DNA of 64,000 bases, from assembly GCF_035594765.1 (NCBI RefSeq), contig NC_085842.1, positions 295,105,749 to 295,169,748 of the forward strand, in the 5' to 3' direction. The notes under the pieces were generated by a model, which worked only from the letters and a program-made list of their open reading frames with translations, was not told the DNA's origin and made no database searches. This document shows, one piece after another, positions 13,638 through 25,190 of the stretch. Position 1 is the first letter of the stretch, and every line of letters starts with the position of its first letter. The position numbers and the translations under genes are program-made. This DNA is from Anolis carolinensis. Taxonomy: Eukaryota.

Positions 13638-13798
13638 ATGTTTTCCTTATCTGTCAGCCACCGGTGGAAATGTAGTTCCCACCTCTCCCTCTTTTCCTCT
13701 CAAGCTGGAAAGGATGCTGAGATAGTGAAAAGGAAATCAGAAAGAGAAGGCAAAGAAGAGGAGAACAGGAGAATATGGTTTCCTTGGCAACTGTTACG
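13638..13798 (+). CDS. Candidate alternative first coding exon of the host PDE4 gene (MFSLSVSHRWKCSSHLSLFSSQAGKDAEIVKRKSEREGKEEENRRIWFPWQLL-R)
   Basis: ATG with A at -3 after an in-frame upstream stop; 53 open codons plus 2 nt, then donor ACG|GTGAGG. Phase 2, like PDE4 long-form first exons. Not repeat-derived. Confidence 0.5.
13778..13791. promoter_or_regulatory. RFX X-box-like palindrome
   Basis: GTTTCCTTGGCAAC; overlaps the candidate exon. Confidence 0.35.
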
Positions 13799-14046
13799 GT
13801 GAGGCAGTCAGAGGTGGCATCTGTCTCGTCATTTCTTAAATCAAAATGTGTGTGTATGTGTGTTGCAGTAGTGTAGAAAGTTAGGCAATTGTTTTGCAAA
13901 TGGGTCCCCATCTTTTTGTTTTTAAAGAACTTTAATTTTTATTATCTTGCTCTAAAGCAGTATGTGATAATTATACTATAGTCTTGAAGACTCCTACTAG
14001 GGAGAAAGCTTGCTTATGACCTACTTCAGAGTAAACATGCCTATGA

Positions 14047-14263
14047 GGAAGCAAGTGTGGTGTAGTGATTTGAATATTGGACTTTGAGTCTGGAGATTAG
14101 GGTTCAAATCTCTGTCTCAAGCACTGATTGATCTTGGACAAGTCCCACTCTCTCGGCCTCAGAGGAATGCAGAGGCACCCCTCAGAACAAATCTTGCCAA
14201 GAAAACCCCACGATAAGTTCGCCCTAGGATCACCATAAATCGAAGGCACAGAACCACAACAAA
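14047..14263 (+). mobile_element. tRNA-derived SINE (MIR-like head)
   Basis: A-box TGGTGTAGTG and B-box GGTTCAAATC; related copies at 48975 and 59005. Confidence 0.8.
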
Positions 14264-15005
14264 CATGCACATATTTACACTTTAAAAGTGACATGTGTCA
14301 GATGACAGGAACATGATAAATGATGACCTAGTAAACAGATAGTAACCTCTGACAATTACTATGCACTGGATATAACCAAGTATTAAAAACAAAATATGAA
14401 AACTATCCTGGGAAATGAGACATCATTGCTACATGGATCCTTTCTACTTAATATTATTTAAACAATAAATGTACACAGGGTCTGGAAATCCACTCCAAAT
14501 TTATTTATTTTAGTTTAAAGGAAAGAAACCACATATTGCGTCCTATAGCCATGCTTTCTTAATAGTAGTTCCCATTCAGTGTCCCCCACCCCTTGTATAT
14601 AAGCATAGAATTTCAGACATAAAGGGTTTTTTATCACTTTCTTTGCTCTTGGAAAACCCACTAATTATGTGAATTTTTTCATTGTCAGTAATGGTTACTG
14701 TGTCAAAAAGATTGCAATATGGAAGATAGACATTGTTTAAATTAAGAAATATACTAATTAACACCCATTCATACTAGAATTTAATTGGAGAAACATGCCA
14801 AGAGGAAGTCACATCAAGCAAGCCCTTATTGGGACCGCCTTCCATCTGGAAATGGATGTCCTCACTGTGATAAGCCATGCCAGTCCAGAAAAGGTCTCTA
14901 TAGACACTTGCTGACCCATCGTCAAGACTACTTCTGAAAGACAATCATACTAGGTCAGAAGGGATTGTGGAGAAGGAGGAGGAGGGGGGGGTTATTTTCT
15001 ATTTA

Positions 15006-15267
15006 CAGCCAGCCCTCCAGATTCACATAGCTTAGGAACGCAGGACACCAGGAACGCATTATTCTATAGTCAACTTCTGTTGGATACTGACCATAGAATC
15101 ACATCTGAGGACCTAGAAAGGTGTTCTTTAGGTCCTCAGAAAGACTATCCAGTCACACCTAAAGAATGCCCTGGAGAACCTAGAGATTCATGGGGAGAAT
15201 ATTTTAGTCAAATCCGGGAATAATCAAATCTGTAAAAGTCAAGCCCACCAATGTGTAGGGCTGACAG
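15006..15267. mobile_element. Tigger/pogo-like MITE
   Basis: TA-CAGCCAGCCCTCC...GTAGGGCTGACAG-TA. Confidence 0.65.
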
Positions 15268-16053
15268 TATTTCTGTGGTATGCGGAGATAGTTTTTAGAG
15301 ACTGAATCCTTGCAGAACCCAGAAGAATAAAATTGCTGACATCCCTTGTTACCAACATTTGATATAAATCAATGCCACAGCTCTGGGAATGCCTGAGGCA
15401 ACCTAAAAGCCAGCTTCCTCACAAATTCCTCACAAATTCAACTGACAATGAATGTGCATGTGCTTTTAATCTTGTCAGGGCAAGTTCAGGCTTAGAGTCA
15501 CAGGAAAAACATGACTGTATTTTATTCCTTCTGAAGACGTGTTTTCTTAGGTGTTGAATCCATTCCATGGCCTTTGAGATCACACTCTTTTATGAGAAGA
15601 AAATAGTGCCTCTCCTAGAAATAACATGTTCAATTAGCGCTACATAATCTAATGCATTGAGAGTAAATGCCAGCTATGACATGCCCATTAGTTTGTGTGA
15701 GTGCCCAGTATGTTGGCATTTGCTTTGGGCCATTTCACAAGCAGTGAATTGTTTGGAGGGCTAATTAATAGACTGAATCTGACCTAATAGTATGCTAGCC
15801 ATAATAGACATTCTCAGTTACCTGATTGTTTCTTCCCATGTTGTATGTTCTCTTTGCTGTGCACAACTGTGTATCTGCATTCAAGTTGTCTGTTGTCTTA
15901 AAGTGACCCAAAGAATTGAATAAGATTTCCTTAGACAGAGATTACATCGAATATAGTCTACAGCACCTAGCATTCCCTGGTGGAATAGATCTTTTGTAGT
16001 TAGTTCGTGGGAGTTATAGTTTACTCATCTTCCAAGATTAGATGGGTATTTAG

Positions 16054-16335
16054 GATTTTTTTCCGTGTCAGGAACGACTTGAGAAATTGCAAGTTGCTTC
16101 TGGTGTGAGAGAATTGGCCGTCTGCAAGGACGATGCCCGGATGTTTTGATGTTTTTACCATCCTTGTGGAAGGCTTCTCTCATGTCCCCGCATGGAGCTG
16201 GAGCTGATAGAGGGAGTTCATCCACGCTGTCCCCGGGTTGGATTCAAATCAGCAACCTGCAGGTCAGCAACCCAACCTTCAAGTCATCAGTTCTGCCAGC
16301 ACAAGGATTTAACCCACTGCTCCACCGGGTGCTTT
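16054..16335 (-). mobile_element. Anolis tRNA-derived SINE
   Basis: tRNA-like head at the right end; 9-bp TSD GGTATTTAG at 16045-16053 and 16336-16344. Confidence 0.85.
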
Positions 16336-16506
16336 GGTATTTAGTATTTTCTCTTACCTATATCACCAGATATTTAAAACCGATTTCTCTCTCTCTTCTA
16401 TAGCAAACTAGCAGTAAGTTCATTTTAAGGGATGAACTTTCATAGAAGACTAAAGTCGAAAGAGCACCACAACAATGAAGTATTAATTATTTAGGGCAAT
16501 TATTTA

Positions 16507-16716
16507 GGGCTGTGGCGCAAGCTGGTGAGCAGCCGGCTGCAGCCAGCTGAGACCAATCACTCTGACCAAGAGGTCATGAGTTTGAGGCCAGCTCGGAGTC
16601 TTTGTTCTATGTCAAGGCATTGAATTTGCCTTATATGTGTAATGTGATCCGCCCTGAGTCCCCTTCAGGGTGAGAAGGGCGGAATATAAATGCTGTAAAT
16701 AAATAAATAAATAAAT
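16507..16716 (+). mobile_element. tRNA-derived SINE with L2-type tail
   Basis: GGGCTGTGGCGCAAGCTGG head, GAGTTTGAGGC B-box, CCGCCCTGAG...AGGGCGG stem and (TAAA)n tail. Confidence 0.85.
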
Positions 16717-16787
16717 ATTGCATGGTAGATCTTGGAGTATAATATGAGTAGCACTAGTGTTGTTATTTCTACTTCATTTGTTGAAAT

Positions 16788-16922
16788 GCTGGTTGGAGTT
16801 TGACGGGAGACTGCCCATGAATCCCAGGTGCTGTAGGTTCGTGCTGTAGGCTATCTTTCAGAGGAAGAAACTACCTATTGGTACACCTTGTCTAAGAAAA
16901 ATCTTATGAAATTCATGGGGGC
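16788..16922 (+). mobile_element. 5S rRNA-derived SINE3 fragment
   Basis: 'gggagactgcccatgaatcccaggtgctgtagg' resembles the 3' half of 5S rRNA and is followed by a SINE body. Confidence 0.65.
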
Positions 16923-18345
16923 CTTTAGAGTTAAAATCACAAGATTCTGTAGCATTGAGGTATCGCAATTAAAGTGATGCCCAACTGCATTGATTTTACA
17001 AGCCAGATGCACCCAAAGTTAAATAGACCACATTAAATTGATCAACTTGAATGTTAAAATACATCTAAATTATGTTAACTCATGTAATCATCCTGGGAAA
17101 AGAGAGTGTCAATCCAAAAAAGGTTAAAAATATGAGATCACCTTTCCACCTTATCCATCAAATTGCCTTTTCTGTTTGCTGAACATTTCTTCATGTGCAT
17201 GACAGTGTATGATATGCTAAAGATTTGTTAACAAGGCAGTGAGGCAGAAACCTTGTGAGAAAATAACACATAGAAAGACAAGATTATACATATATTATTT
17301 TTTAAAAGCAAATCAGCCGTACCTTTGCTATATAACATTCAGCTATTGCTTAGTCTCCCATGCTTGAAATGAAAATTATGATAATGCTGACAATAATAAT
17401 GTTGATGATGTCCTTGGGAATAGAAGATGAAATCCCTAACTCTGCCTACTTTTCTGGTGGTTTAGAGCTAAACAATAAAAGTGAGGTCCTTGTGTATAAA
17501 CTTTCTTACTATAGCAACACAGCCGTTTCAAAGTATTTTGTGTTCTGATGATTAATGTTTTATTCCTACTTCCCCAGTGACACACACACAATGTGCACAA
17601 TATTCAGGGCTCATCAAATTAATTTGGAACCTGAGGCACAAAATCTAACCATTATCCTTCTCCAAAATCTACCCATCTCAATCTCCAGCAGTAAAAATGC
17701 AACAATAATGAATTACCGAAACAACAACATACTGCAGCCTCCCAATTACGTTGCACTCTCAATCAGATAGGAAAGATAGGACTCTTGCAGGGAACTGGGA
17801 ATACAGCAGATTATATTTTTAAAAGAAAAGAAACAGAAGTAAATATATTGGTCCACAAGTACAATAAAATGCACAGGTAAACAGTACATTTATTTGGACT
17901 ACCCAAAATGCTATTGAAAAGAATCCATGCTTATTTTCTATTTCTAAAAATATTTCTGGTTCTGATATAGAATTCTTCCTAGTGCCTTAAATAAAACATG
18001 ATAAATATGTGTGACAGCTTGTTAACCCACATCACTGTGATATAGACTAGAATTAAAGTCTCTTCTCAGCCTAAAAGGAAGGCTAAGAAAATGTTAGTAT
18101 AAAATCACCATAAACCAAAACATTAATCACCTCAAATTGTGAGAAGCCATAGTTTGTTCTAAGTATGGTTGAAACAAAGGAGTCAATCTCAGTTTGATAT
18201 CCTGGTTTGTTAACTAACTATTGTTAGAATAACAATACTTAGAATAACAAGTTTTTCATACTGTGTGCTTACTAGAATGTAATGTACACCTTTTTTACTC
18301 AATTACATAGCCAAAAGTGAGGTCCACATTACATTTGATGTACTC

Positions 18346-19637
18346 ACAAAGGCAGTCCCTCGTTGTCCGAGTATGATGGTCCTCCAAGTTTAGTTTCTTG
18401 GCGGTGGGTACATAGGTATCTGTGAAGTCCTAATTTTGACCTGCATATTCTTCCACAGTGAGGGCATCTGTGGAAGGTGGTTCTGGTCAAGGTTGGCTTG
18501 ACGTGCCTTCCTCTTGGCATGTTTTTCCCTTTCGCCCTCCATTCGTGCCTCTTCAAATTCCACTGCACTGCTGGTCACAGCTGACCTCCAATTAGAGCGC
18601 TCAAGGACCCGGGCTTCCCAGTTTTCGGTGTCTATGTCACAGTTTTTGAGGTTAGCTTTATGCTCATCTTTATATCTCTTTTCCTGTCCACCAACATTCT
18701 GTTTTCTATTCTTGAGTTGGGAGTACAGTAACCACTTTGGGAGATGGTGATTGGGCATTCGGACAATGTGGCCAGTCCAACAGAGTTGATGGCGTAGGAG
18801 CATTGCTTCAGTACTGGTGGTCTTTTCTTCTTCCAGCACGCTGACATTTGTCCGCCTGTCTTCCCAAGAGATTTGCAGGATTTTTCAGAGGCAACGCTGA
18901 TGGAATCATTCCAGGAGTTGAGTGTGACATCTGTAGACAGTCCCCATTTTGCAGGCCTATAACAGGGTTGGGAGGACAACAGCTTTATAAACAACCACCT
19001 TGGTATCCCTATGGATGTCCTGATCCTCAAACATTCTCTTCTTCATTAGGAAAAATGCTAGGCTCACAGAGCTCAGGCGGTATTATATTTCAGTGTCAAT
19101 GTTGACTTTTGTGGAGAGGTGGCTGCCAAGGTAGCGGAAATGGTCAACATTTTCTAATGTTACACCATGAAACTGTATTTCTGGCATTGCAGAGGGATTG
19201 GCTGGTGCCTGCTGGAAGAGCACTTTGGTTTTCTCAATGTGCAATAAGAGGCCAAGCTTCTTGTATGGTTCTACAAATGTGTTTAGAGTGGCTTGTAGGT
19301 CTTCTTCTGAATACACACAGACAACATTATCATCGGCATTCTGGAGTTCTATAACAGATATTGTTGTGACCTTGGTTTTGGCTTTCAATCTGCTGAGGTT
19401 AAATAGCTTGCCATCTTTCCAATAGATGATTTCCACTCCGGTGGGAAGCCTCTCATCAACAAGATGAAGTATCATAGTGATGAAGATGGAAAATAAGGTT
19501 GGAGCAATAACACAATCCTGTTTGACATCTGATTCCACCTTAAATGAGTCACTTTTGGAACCATTGCTGTCCAGACTGTTGCTATCATGTCATTGTGGAG
19601 GAACTGCAGGATGTTCACAAATTGGTCAGGGTATCCA
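18346..19637 (-). mobile_element. 5'-truncated, degenerate RTE-clade LINE (RT C-half plus C-terminal zinc finger)
   Basis: ORF pieces 'VKQDCVIAPTLFSIF...ELQNADD...VDHFRYLGS', 'LCWTGHIVRM' and 'CPHCGRICRSKLGLHRYLCTH', broken by stops and frameshifts. Confidence 0.95.
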
Positions 19638-19649
19638 ATTATTATTTTA

Positions 19650-20010
19650 TGTAACCTGCCTATGTCCCTCCGTCAGGCTGAAGCTATCAAACCCGCGAGC
19701 CTCGTCCTGATGGAGGAGTGGCAGCTTCCCAACTGACCTTATTCATTCCCCTCTGCCAAGCAGAGGCTGGTGGGTTTGTCAGCCTTGGCTTGATAGGGGG
19801 TGCCCCTCCTGGCCTCTCAACTGAAAGGAAAGGAGAAGTGGTAACATTCCACCAAGCAGAGGCTGGCGACTTCATCTTGCCTCCTGAGATGCAAGGAGAA
19901 GGAGTACCCCCTGCCAAGCCAAAGCACATGAACTTTGTTTTTGTAATGTGCACATCAAAATTAAGGTGCTCATTAGAATCAATGGTGCACTAGACAAGTA
20001 AATACAGTAT
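19650..20010. mobile_element. Tc1/mariner-pogo-like DNA transposon remnant
   Basis: Terminal 'ggtgctcattagaatcaatggtgcactagacaagtaaatacag-ta'; internal repeat CCAAGCAGAGGCTGG x2. Confidence 0.45.
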
Positions 20011-20377
20011 TTCGATGTAATTTGAACAATATTGGTGATTGCCGTTTACATTTCTGATTGCCTTCTCATTGTATATGAAGGAGGAGGGGACTTTTAATGT
20101 AATAAAAATGTTTCCCATTACATTTGAATCCGTCTGATTTTCTCCAACACAGCTCTTATGTTCAAGATGCTATCAATGTATGGAAATGTATGAGGACAAT
20201 AAATAAATACATGAAAAGGAAAGGGTTGAACAGAAAAGAAAATACAATTGATCCACAACTTTCAGGAGCATTAAGAACTCAAAATCTCTATGAAAGTGGG
20301 AAAGCCATGAACATTTTGTGCTTCAGACTTTGCTGCTGCAAAATAAATAAATAAATAAAATCTGCCTTTCTCTAGTA

Positions 20378-20512
20378 CAGTGGTTCTCAACCTGGGGTCC
20401 CCTGATGTTTTTGGCCTTCAACTCCCAGAAATCCTAACAGCTGGTAAACTGGCTGGGATTTCTGGGAGCTGTAGGCCAAAAACATCTGGGGACCCCAGGT
20501 TGAGAACCACTC
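20378..20512. mobile_element. hAT-Charlie MITE
   Basis: TIR CAGTGGTTCTCAACCTGGGGTCCCC; TSD CTCTAGTA/CTGTAGTA. Confidence 0.92.
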
Positions 20513-22742
20513 CTGTAGTATATAGCTCTTCTTTTTTTGGGGGGGGGGGGGGGCTATATTTTCATCACTTCTTACTTTCCTCCTCACTGTTTCATTTCCT
20601 GGCCTAAACCATGACCCATACCTTCCTCTCCCACCTTGGGACTATGATGTCTCTGCCTCATTCCTACACAACCTTTGCTGCCACCATTCCACCTCCCTGC
20701 TGCGTCCTCCCCACTCTGCCACTGCTTCTGCTTCTCAGTCATCACCTTCCTCCTCTTCCTCTCCCTTGATTTTTGTGTCCTTAGACCTTTTTCCTACCCC
20801 AAATTTCCCCATTATAGTCATATGCTGGCATAACGGAGTCCATCATAGGTTTTCCCGTGATACAGCCACTTCTGGTGTCTGTGTGTTGAAATCTGTCTCA
20901 CCAGCATGAAAAGATAAGAAAAAAGTCCATTTTCAGGTATCGGGTGTTCTCCCGACTTCAGATAGAAGACAGCAGCAGGAAGCAGGGGAAAGCGGGGAAA
21001 CATCATTGGATGGCTGGCCATCCCTGAAATTGTGTCTTACCAGGGATGGTCATGTCCCCAATGTTAAGGGTGCTTTCCTCCGCTTCCTCTCCCCCTCCTG
21101 CCCATGGGATAACGTCACTGCTGCTTGCTCACTCAATAGCCAGACTGGTCACAGAAGTATGGAAGGGAGTGTGCATGTGAGAGACTGTGGACACTCAGTG
21201 AGGAGCCTGGTGGTGGCCATAGAAGCTGCTACGGTCATAGCAAAGTCTGGAATTTCTTTTGGAGATGTGAGACACCCCTACCTCTCCTGTGGATGGCCTT
21301 CTGTGCCAAATTCCTCCGGATACAGGTCTTTTGATTCTTCTGCTGCAACTCCAAGCAAGGATAAATGTAAGCATGCCTTTCTACATAGGATAAAGGAGGA
21401 ATTGGTGCCTAAATTAATGAAGTTAGGTGAGAAATGTTGTCTTCAGGACATTTTGATTTCCTAAACTTGCTGTGCCCCAGTGAGAGCTGGCTCTGACAAG
21501 AGGGAGGTTATATAGTGTCTGGAGTGCTGGGATAAGCCAGATTTGTATCCAGTTGAGGAACACAACCCATACCTTCCAGTTGTCCTGATATTGCATGGAT
21601 AATCCTGATTATAACTCTTATCATTTTATTCCTTGGATTATGCCTAAACAACCTACAACCCTCCAGGTGTTTTGGACTACAGCTCCCTGAATTCCTTGTC
21701 ATTGGAACAGCTGGCTAGGGCTTCTAGGATTTGGAGGCCCAACCTGGAGGCAAGGAAAAGTAGAAAAACAGCCCGAGATCCTTCTAATTTCCATGGCCTT
21801 CATTACTGGTGGGAAAGAGCTGGAAAGATATTGTTCCTTGCATTCCGATCAGCAGGCAAACTGTTCACCTTTGCCTAATGAATCTGCTGGTGGTAAAGTT
21901 GGGCTTGGTGTTCATGTGCATGGCCTTATAATAAGATTATGTAGATTTACTGAATATGGAGCAGTCATGGATCCCTATCTCTAATTTGGGAATCTGTAAG
22001 TGCAATGCAGAATCCCAAGGTAATCTGATTTAGCTCCACAAAATATTACAACATTGATACAAATCTGGCTAGAAGTCCTAAAAATGGTAGCATAAAAGAA
22101 TAAAGCATTTTTAAAGAAAGGATATTTTAAATGCTGTTTTAGGCATCAGCATTATAGTGGGGAGCTAAAGAATGCTTTCCATTCTTCTAATTCAATTTTT
22201 CAAGTACTTTCCAAAATTACAAGCCATTTCTAAGGTCACATTGATCTTCCCCACAAGAGGTATCTTCTTTTAAAAGGTATTTTATGTTCTTTGCAATACC
22301 TAGGACACAACTGGAGCTTTATTAGAACATAAAGTTGATCTTGGTGTCATCTCAATTTACTTGTGCAGAAACCGCAAAGCAACTTATTAGTTCAGTTTTC
22401 AGAGGCATTTTATGTACTGTATACATACAATATTTTTGCAATTGTAATATCTCCTAGGAATATGACTGTGACCTTTTGTTCCAGCTGTGTTTGTTTTATG
22501 GCTGCTTTTCTCTCTTTTGCCTTTCTAGTAGCATTTAGATTCTCCAATAAGTGTAGGCTTTTAAAATCAGTATGTGCCCTACTTGACTTTTCCACTTTAG
22601 TTTGTTTTATTCCTCTGCTATGCATGTAATAAATGCCAGGATATCTATGCTGTCATCAGTAACAATTTGATGAATGGTCATTGATAGTAATAACATTTTC
22701 GTTGTTACACTTTCTGCATTTTAGAATGTATGATTTTTGATT

Positions 22743-22930
22743 GATAGAATCTTAGAGTTGGAAGAAACCAAAATGGCAATCTAATTCAACCCCTGCCATG
22801 CAGATATATGCAGCTATATCAATCCAGAAAGATGTCAGTTCAAAAGATCTTCAAAATGGAGTGCCCACAACCCTTAGAGGCAATGTATTCCACTGTCAAA
22901 CAGCTCTTTCAGTAAAGACATTCCTAACCT
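22743..22930 (-). mobile_element. CR1 LINE 3' end
   Basis: 'atagaatcttagagttggaag' is the reverse complement of the CR1 3' tail. Confidence 0.75.
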
Positions 22931-23664
22931 TATTGTTCATTACAGTGGCAATATTTAATTCCCAACTTTGTATCTATAAATGCTTCCTCATTTCTTTGGA
23001 TGTGCACCATTGTATTTGCTCTCAGCTCACATCAGTTCTCTGTGAACTTGTACAGAAACTCTTTCACACTAAACTTATAATCCTTGCACCTGCAAAAAAA
23101 AATATTTTAGCAGATGAAAAGATGGCCCATAGAGTGGAAATTGAGCTTAGAGCCTGGTTTCCCTTGAACCCAATTCCACCCCACACGAGTTTGAACAGCA
23201 AATCTTTTATAAGTGTACTGGTGTAATTGTCATGATCCAGCCTTATTCAGCTGCATGACCCTTCAGATATTCCTTCATCTTACAGCTGCTGTGATTGCAC
23301 ATGTGTTTGTGCCTTTTTGTATAATAAAATATTCCCAGTCACAGCTGGGCTCTTTTTACCTTTCTTATTATTTGCCATTCACAATTGGATTCATTTTGTT
23401 TTCCGGCAGCATTCAAGCAAGAGACAAGAATTTCAATATATATTTCATTTTTCAATGCACAACTCAAAGACAGAAAAGAGATCCCATCCATATTGTGATC
23501 TTAACAAGTATGGCTTTGAATGTAGAATGAGTGTTTCCAGAACCAATGCCACTTTGAACCCAGTAGAGGCTGGTGGCTCCAATATCAGTGGGACAGTAAA
23601 AAAATTAAAGGAGTAACCTAAGAAACTGTAGCCATTTAAAGTTCGCTAAAGTATAGAACAGACC

Positions 23665-23888
23665 GGGTTGTTGTATGTTTTCCGGGCGGTATGGCCCAGA
23701 AGTATTCTCTCCTGATGTTTCGCCCACATCTATGGCAAACATCCTCAGAGGTTACCTCACAACCTCTGAGGATGCCTGCCATAGACGTGGGTGAAACGTC
23801 AGGAGAGAATACTTCTAGAACATGGGCATACAGCCCGGAAAACATACAACAACCCTGTGATCCCGGCCATGAAAGTCTTCGACAACAC
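23665..23888. mobile_element. Penelope-like element, inverted pLTR fragments
   Basis: Inverted arms 23665-23753 and 23761-23855; 12-bp direct repeat ATAGAACAGACC at 23653-23664 and 23889-23900. Confidence 0.9.
23763..23803 (+). ncRNA. Minimal type I hammerhead ribozyme motif (Penelope-associated)
   Basis: CCT-CTGAGGA-T-GCCTGC(catagac)GTGGGT-GAAA-CGTC-AGG; predicted cut after GUC at 23800. Confidence 0.7.
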
Positions 23889-24713
23889 ATAGAACAGACC
23901 CATTGTTCCAATGATGTTGGCGATATCAACCTCCATTGTCAGGTCTTCTCCAGCATCCATGTGCATTAAAACTTGGTCTTGAAGGTTGGGAAACTTCCTG
24001 GAGCAAATTTTGAAGCATGAATGAAGGCAGGAAAGCAAGGGGAAGGAACTTCAAACATGCACAGATGGTCACTAATATGCTGTTGGATTTAGACCCACCA
24101 CCATTGCACACTCTTATCATTTTCCTTTTCTTTGCTAAAAGAAAAGGAGCAGTAGTAATCTAATGAAGAAAGTCATGAGCACTTCTGTTGAGTGGCTGGC
24201 CAGTGAATAACCAGAAGCCACTTGTCCACAAAACAAAGCTTTAAGAAACTGCCATATCTAAGGCTCTTAGAAAAATACCAGGCTCTATAAATGTATAATG
24301 TGCTAGCACCCAATGGGAGGTAACACTTTGACATTTCTTTTAATTGCAAAACACATGCATATTTTTAAAAATGTTTATTTGTTTGGGTCAAACAAGTAGA
24401 GTATAACATAACCTCTCTTCCTCGTGAGGAAGTTAAGAAGATAACATAGGCGATGTATACAGCAAAAATAAACAGTAGAGTCTCACTTATCCAATATAAA
24501 TGGGCACATGACTAATAGACATACTTGAATGTTGGGATATTGCTCCCAGCAGCACTGGACACTTTTCTCACAATGCTACAGAGTTACAGTAGATCAGGCA
24601 ATGTGGGAAATTTAAATACAAGGTTTTAATGCTGCTTGGAGTGCTGTACATACAATGGAGGCTTGGGTATCAATAATAATAATAATAACAACAACAACAA
24701 CAACAACAACAAC

Positions 24714-24995
24714 TCAGGACCTCAAGATTGAACTTCAAAGACTCTGGCAGAAACCAGTTCAGGTGGTCCCGGTGGTGATGGGCACACTGGGTGCCGTGCC
24801 AAAAGATCTCAGTCGGCATTTGGAAACAATAGACATTGACAAAATCACGATCTGCCAACTGCAAAAGGCCACCCTACTGGGATCTGCACGCATCATCCGA
24901 AAATACATCACACAGTCCTAGACATTTGGGAAGTGTTCTACTTGTGATTTTGTGATACGAAATCCAGCATATCTATTTTGTTTGCTGTGTCATAC

Positions 24996-25055
<60 letters not shown>
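24714..25055 (+). mobile_element. Dong/R4-clade LINE 3' end with (AAT)n tail
   Basis: Encodes 'DLKIELQRLWQKPVQVVPVVMGTLG...LQKATLLGSARIIR' (restriction-like endonuclease C-terminus); flanked by (AAT)n/(AAC)n. Confidence 0.92.
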
Positions 25056-25190
25056 TTCTTAACTGCCTGTCCTCATGGCTCAAGGGTGGTTACTACATAA
25101 TTAAAACACATAAACATTGTAAAAATCTATAAATACACATATTAAAATGTATTTCTATAAAATACATATTAAAATACATAGAAGTTAAAC
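25056..25190 (-). mobile_element. L2-type 3' tail
   Basis: Reverse complement shows the L2 3' stem-loop; similar to 54781-54960. Confidence 0.6.

Noticed and set aside
16788-16852. 5S rRNA gene
   Set aside because: Only a degenerate 3' half fused to a SINE body.
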